A DNA stretch of 64,000 nt from Chrysomallon squamiferum (Eukaryota > Animalia > Mollusca), in the NCBI GenBank assembly GCA_012295275.1, contig CM022666.1, positions 7,874,001-7,938,000 of the forward strand. Direction: 5' to 3'. The notes under the pieces are model-generated. The model ran no database searches, was not told the origin of the DNA, and was given only the letters and a program-made list of their open reading frames with translations. The first letter of the stretch is position 1. Each line of letters starts with the position of its first letter. The translations under genes were made by a program, and so were the position numbers. Below, one piece after another: positions 58,515 through 64,000 of this stretch.

Positions 58515-59599
58515 TTCTACAACAACAACAACTACTTCTTCCACTGTGGCTACTGCTACTACTACAACAACCACTACTACTACATTAATATTATTTTCAT
58601 GCTGTTGCGGCTGTAATTATCACTGATACTGCTATTATGACTACGACTGCCACTGCTACTACTAGTACTACATTATGGAGGGGTTAACAAAATAAATAAA
58701 TAATTATTGATGTGTATACCCTCTCATCCACTCATTTTTATACGTATAGATATTTTGATATGATGTATTAAAGTCGATATGTTTTGCGTAATCAAGCAGA
58801 TCTTACGACAGTTTCTATCAAAGTCTGAATTATTGTACGTATTCAAATATCTCTTTGGATATTATCTGTTAAAGTCAACATTTTGGGGCGTTTTTTCTGT
58901 TATAATCGATATTTTCTAATATATATCGATAGAGTTTTTCCATGTACTTGGGACATTTTCTCTTACAGTTTGTGTACGTACTCATGCAGTTGTTTTGAAT
59001 GTTTCAAAATCATAGATCTCCATTCCAGTGTGTTAGCTTGAAATTCAGTAAACCAATTTTGAGGGGTAAACAATCCCTGAATGTGAAAACAGAAATCAGA
59101 ATTGACAAAACCACGAGTGTTTCCTTCTGTGACGTGTAACGTTGGTTCTTCGGGTGCCTTTTGTTGAAACAGGTCCCACATCAATAACGTACTTGTAACT
59201 GCACTATTAATAGTAAAATAATAAAAAATAAAAAAAACTCGTAGGAAATAAACGAATAGAAGAATGAACGCACCTAATCTGGGCCCCACAATTACTCATA
59301 AAATTAATTGATAAAAAAAAAAATAGTAATAATAATAATAAAATATAAAAAAGTAAGAAAAAACGTAGGAGTTATTTTTTATTTCCTGTCATCGCTTATT
59401 TATTTTTAATTACTTAATTAATTTATCTTAACATCACTAGAACAAAATCATTATTTAACAGGCTAGTGGAGGTCAAACCTCTGTTTACTGACAATACCAG
59501 AACAGATTACCTTTTTTATTTTCATAAAATATCCATTACAAAAAATTAAATATATGTCTAATGACACTACAGCAGGATGTTTTATACAATAACAGGCTG

Positions 59600-60010
59600 T
59601 TACATTTGTTTAATGATACCATTACACAAATTTCGTGTTTCTTCTGCCCACGTATTCCTGGTTGAATAGGTCAGATATCGTAATATTATTAAAAAATAAA
59701 AACAAAAATGGCAAATGTGTACTGTGAATGCTGTGGAAGATGAATTCGATTTTATTTTAAAATGTCCTTTGTATATGAATATACGATTGTTATATATTAA
59801 CAATCTATACTTAAACTCGTGCAACTGTTGTCAGCAGAAAATAGAAAAAGAATTGTTTAAACTGATGAATAGCTTTTAAAAGCCTTAAATATTCGCTCTG
59901 AATGTATTTAATTCTCCATCCTCCATTTCGTTTTCTATTTGTAGCCTGTATATCTCACTTTATTTTGTATATGTATTGTAAACCAGTGAGCCGAACGGCT
60001 TAAAGCTATA

Positions 60011-60015
<5 letters not shown>
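59600..60015 (+). mobile_element. Non-LTR retrotransposon (LINE) 3' remnant: decayed ORF2 C-terminal zinc-knuckle region plus 3'UTR, ending in (GA)n
   Basis: Plus-strand translation near 59717-59797 gives CTVNAVEDEFDFILKCPLYMNIRLLYI, matching the LINE CxxC...EDEFHFxxxCPxYxxxR motif. The 3' tail is shared with 51700-51790. Confidence 0.75.
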
Positions 60016-60109
<94 letters not shown>

Positions 60110-60375
60110 GCTTTGTAAATTAGGCTATTACAAATCAAATATTTGTTTAAGTGTTCTCTCGGAGGACACAAACTTTTATAAAATAGGTTATTATGAGTCG
60201 AATATTTGTTTATCGATACATTACATCACAACTTCTGTTTACAGATCAGCTATTTAACATCAAACATTTGTTTTAACAAAAATGACAGCAACTTTTTCAA
60301 ACTCGTGTAGGATAAAAAACCAACTGGCCGTCATGAATCAAAAATGTATTTAACAACGTTATTAGAACTAAGCGA

Positions 60376-60495
<120 letters not shown>

Positions 60496-61751
60496 AAACC
60501 CGGTCAATTATATCTATTTGAATTTCAGTTTGAATTTTGTTTTCAAATGTAAATAATTTATTTGACAAAAGCACAAAAATTCGGAAGCTGACTACTATTA
60601 TTCAAATGTTTGACTACATCCCGCAAATCGGCTGTTATAAGTTAAATATTTGTTTTACGTCACTACTCATTGGTACATTGTATTACGTTAGTACAAATTA
60701 CTACAGCCATCTAACAGAGAGTGACGTACGTACATACATAAATGATCTTTGATAAACTGTTTGGTTATTTAATAAATATTACACTTTAATCTTCAGAGAA
60801 ACTCAAGGAATATTATATACACTTTTCTGTAATTATTGTATTACAGCCTTATATTTACCATTGCCAAGGCCAAATAAGTCAAACATTTGTTTTGCGTCTT
60901 TAAAACTAGTTAATTTTAAAAAGAAATCTGCTATTGGATATCAAAGACTTCTTTAAAGATACAACTAGATTATATTAATTTCACGCAATAATAGTAATAG
61001 TAATAGTAGTGGTAGTAGTAATAGTAGTAGGTGTTGTTGTTATAGAGCAGCAGCAGCAGTAGTAGTACTAGTAGTAGTAATCTCCATTGCTATCTATGGC
61101 TACAGATCTTTTAATTTAACCTTTATGATTAGCCGTATACATTCATTTAAATAATTTTTAAAAATAAAAAGAAAGAAAGAAAGAAAGAAAGAAAGGAAAT
61201 AAAAGTCTTAATCTAGTTAAAAAAAATATATATATAAAAAAGAAAGAAAGAAAGAAAAAAATTTAAAAAATTAAAATAAAAATGTTTCATTTTATTTTTT
61301 AAGAAAATAATTGCGGTTGTTTCCTGGACGCTGTAGGGACGTCTAAACTGCAAATGATTGCAGTCGACGTGCATTAGCGCATTTGTCTGTGTTTGTTACT
61401 AGCTTTATAACTGTTCTTATTTTCACTTAGTCGAAACACTGATGTATCCTGTATATCGACGTGCGTGTGTATCTGTGTGTGTGTGTGTGTGTACATGTAT
61501 ATGTACATTCAGACATATACACATGCATACATTGACATTCACAAACACAAACACACACACATATATATACATACACATACATTTTCACAAACTTATACAC
61601 ATAGGTACACATATACATACATAAATATCCATGCATGCATGCATACATTCAAACATACATACATACACACACAGAAACAGATATAAATACATGCATAAAC
61701 ATACACAGATAATACATGTATACATTTATCTAAACATTTATATAAATATAT

Positions 61752-61785
<34 letters not shown>

Positions 61786-61837
61786 ATAGGTGAGTGTATG
61801 TATGTATGTATGTATGTTTGTATGTATGTATGCATAC

Positions 61838-61980
<143 letters not shown>

Positions 61981-62525
61981 TATAATTACACATACACACA
62001 AACACTTAATCGTAACATAAAATCACTCTGACAGACAGACAAACAGAAAAACAGACTAATAATTACACTAGAGACAACATCAAGCTAAGTAAGAGACAGA
62101 CCGACAAACAGAAAGACACTTACAGAGTGACAAACAGATGGACTCTTACGCTAATGACACAAACACGTATTTCAGCCTTTTGTATTCACAGACTCTGTTC
62201 ACTTAGCGTTTCCGCCAGATCAAAGCAGCCGCGGAGAATTACTTTTAGCCTGTTTTACATTTCAATTTCCTTTCCCAGTTTCAAAGGCAGAAACATGAAA
62301 GACAGGTACAATTAAAAAGTGCCGTACGTTCGGTCAGTAACTCTGGAGAAATAAATTTATATTTCGGTCATTCACAACGATGCTGTTTTGTTATTGTTAT
62401 TATTGTAGTAGCTGTTGTTGTTGATGCCGTTGTTATTGCTGTGATTATTATTATTATTATTATTACTGTTGTTGATGATGCTGTTACCACGATTCCTCTT
62501 ACAAATACTGCAGCTGTTACTATTA

Positions 62526-62563
<38 letters not shown>

Positions 62564-64000
62564 CAGTATGTATATGTGTGTGTGTGAATGTGTAATTGTA
62601 TGCATATATATATATATATATATATATATAAGTTATATAGTCTAATATTATTAGTCCTTCATTTCATTATTTAATAATGTTAGTCGTGCGTGTGTTTTTT
62701 AAAATCTTTTTAGTCATGCGCGTCATTAATATAATATACGAGAAAAGGAAAGAAAATATTTCAGGGACTGTCTAGAACGGGAAATATTCCTCCAATAAGA
62801 AGGAATCAGTTTGAAATATATCATATTTTGGGCCAGTGATCTGATTTTTAAAACCCAGCTCGTTTGTTGAAGAAAATCGAGGGGAGGAAATCAATCAATA
62901 AATAAATAAATAAGTAAATAACCTAGGAACAAATAAAATTAAGAAAAATGAAAAAAAATACTCATTAATATTTATAATACTTTCTTTAAATAATATCAGT
63001 ATAGCAAATGAATAAAAATATTATCAAGCAATAATGTTAACAACAACAGCAACAACAACAACAACAACAACAATATGATAAAGATAAGTACTACTAACCT
63101 CCATTAAAATTGAATTCCTGCTGAGTTTTTTCAGTACAAATCTATAAAGACATTCAAGTTACGAACTACAAAAACCTCATTACAGGCGGAAGAAAGCGAG
63201 CGGATTAATACTAATGTAAATAGTCCAGCGGAGAGGTACTAATTAGAAATTTGTATTGCTTCATGGCCGGAAGGAGTCACCGGAAGTTCTTAGAACGTGC
63301 TTTAGATCGCACGAGATATCCTTTTCATTGGTTCTTAATTAGACTTCTGCTTCAGGCACGTGCATAAACTGTCAAAGAAGTCACGTGTTTTTAAATTTAA
63401 AAAAAGAAAAAAGAAAAAAAAAAAAAAAGAGAGATAGAAAGAAAAAATATTGCGACCTTAAGGTATAGCGTTTAGGATATTTTCGGTTCAGTTAGAAAGA
63501 CTTGAAGGTAATATGGTTGTCCTGACATTAATGGAGTGACGTGGTTAAAATGATGTCACATTACTGTTTTGAATTTAAAAAACAAAATAGCACTTTTAAT
63601 GTTCAAACATTTCTGTGTTTACAGTTCGTGTGAATGTTAACTTCGCTATACTGAATTTTTTGTTTATTTTTATTTATTTATTTATTTACAAGCTTAGTAA
63701 ATTTTCGATTGTGTTTTCACCAATGATATTATAATTTATAACCTTTGTATTATAATAAAATTATAATATAGCATATACTTAACATTAATTTCATCATCTT
63801 GTTAAATTATTTTATTTTTGTATTATCTGGGTTTAAAAAAAAACCAAAACAACAACAACAACAACAATAACAACAGTGACAACGACCATTAATATAGAAT
63901 CTATATTGACGTTTTTAGTATGTCTGAGAGGGTTTTCTCACTGTGAAAATTACATCGTTTGATAGATTTTCGTTAAACAGTACCGTAAGAACGCTGAAAA

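Overview
AT-rich, microsatellite-rich animal genomic DNA with spliceosomal GT-AG introns. It is probably a mollusc or other lophotrochozoan; this is inferred from gene style, repeats and a mosaic CpG pattern. Five protein-coding genes can be reconstructed by hand. (1) A 5'-truncated DDX3/PL10/belle DEAD-box helicase (+, 290-9612). (2) NME7 (-, 20519-26381), with a one-base frameshift in one exon. (3) A divergent DNPH1 (+, 27124-30739), head-to-head with NME7. (4) An uncharacterised RNI-type leucine-rich-repeat gene (-, 34308-41850), with one garbled exon. (5) A single-coding-exon class A peptide-type GPCR (-, 48034-49050). The main non-obvious signal is a set of box C/D snoRNA-like genes in the DDX3 introns. 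There are five copies of one family, four of them tandemly amplified in a single intron, plus a related paralogue whose guides differ. The LRR gene carries two tandem arrays built from its own splice junctions: a 16-copy acceptor array and a 4-copy donor array. Also present are RFX X-box motifs, 3'UTR hairpins, MITE, SINE, LINE and MULE remnants, and a sharp CpG-depletion boundary near 43 kb. rRNA/snRNA target assignments and residue numbering are recalled from memory and need checking.
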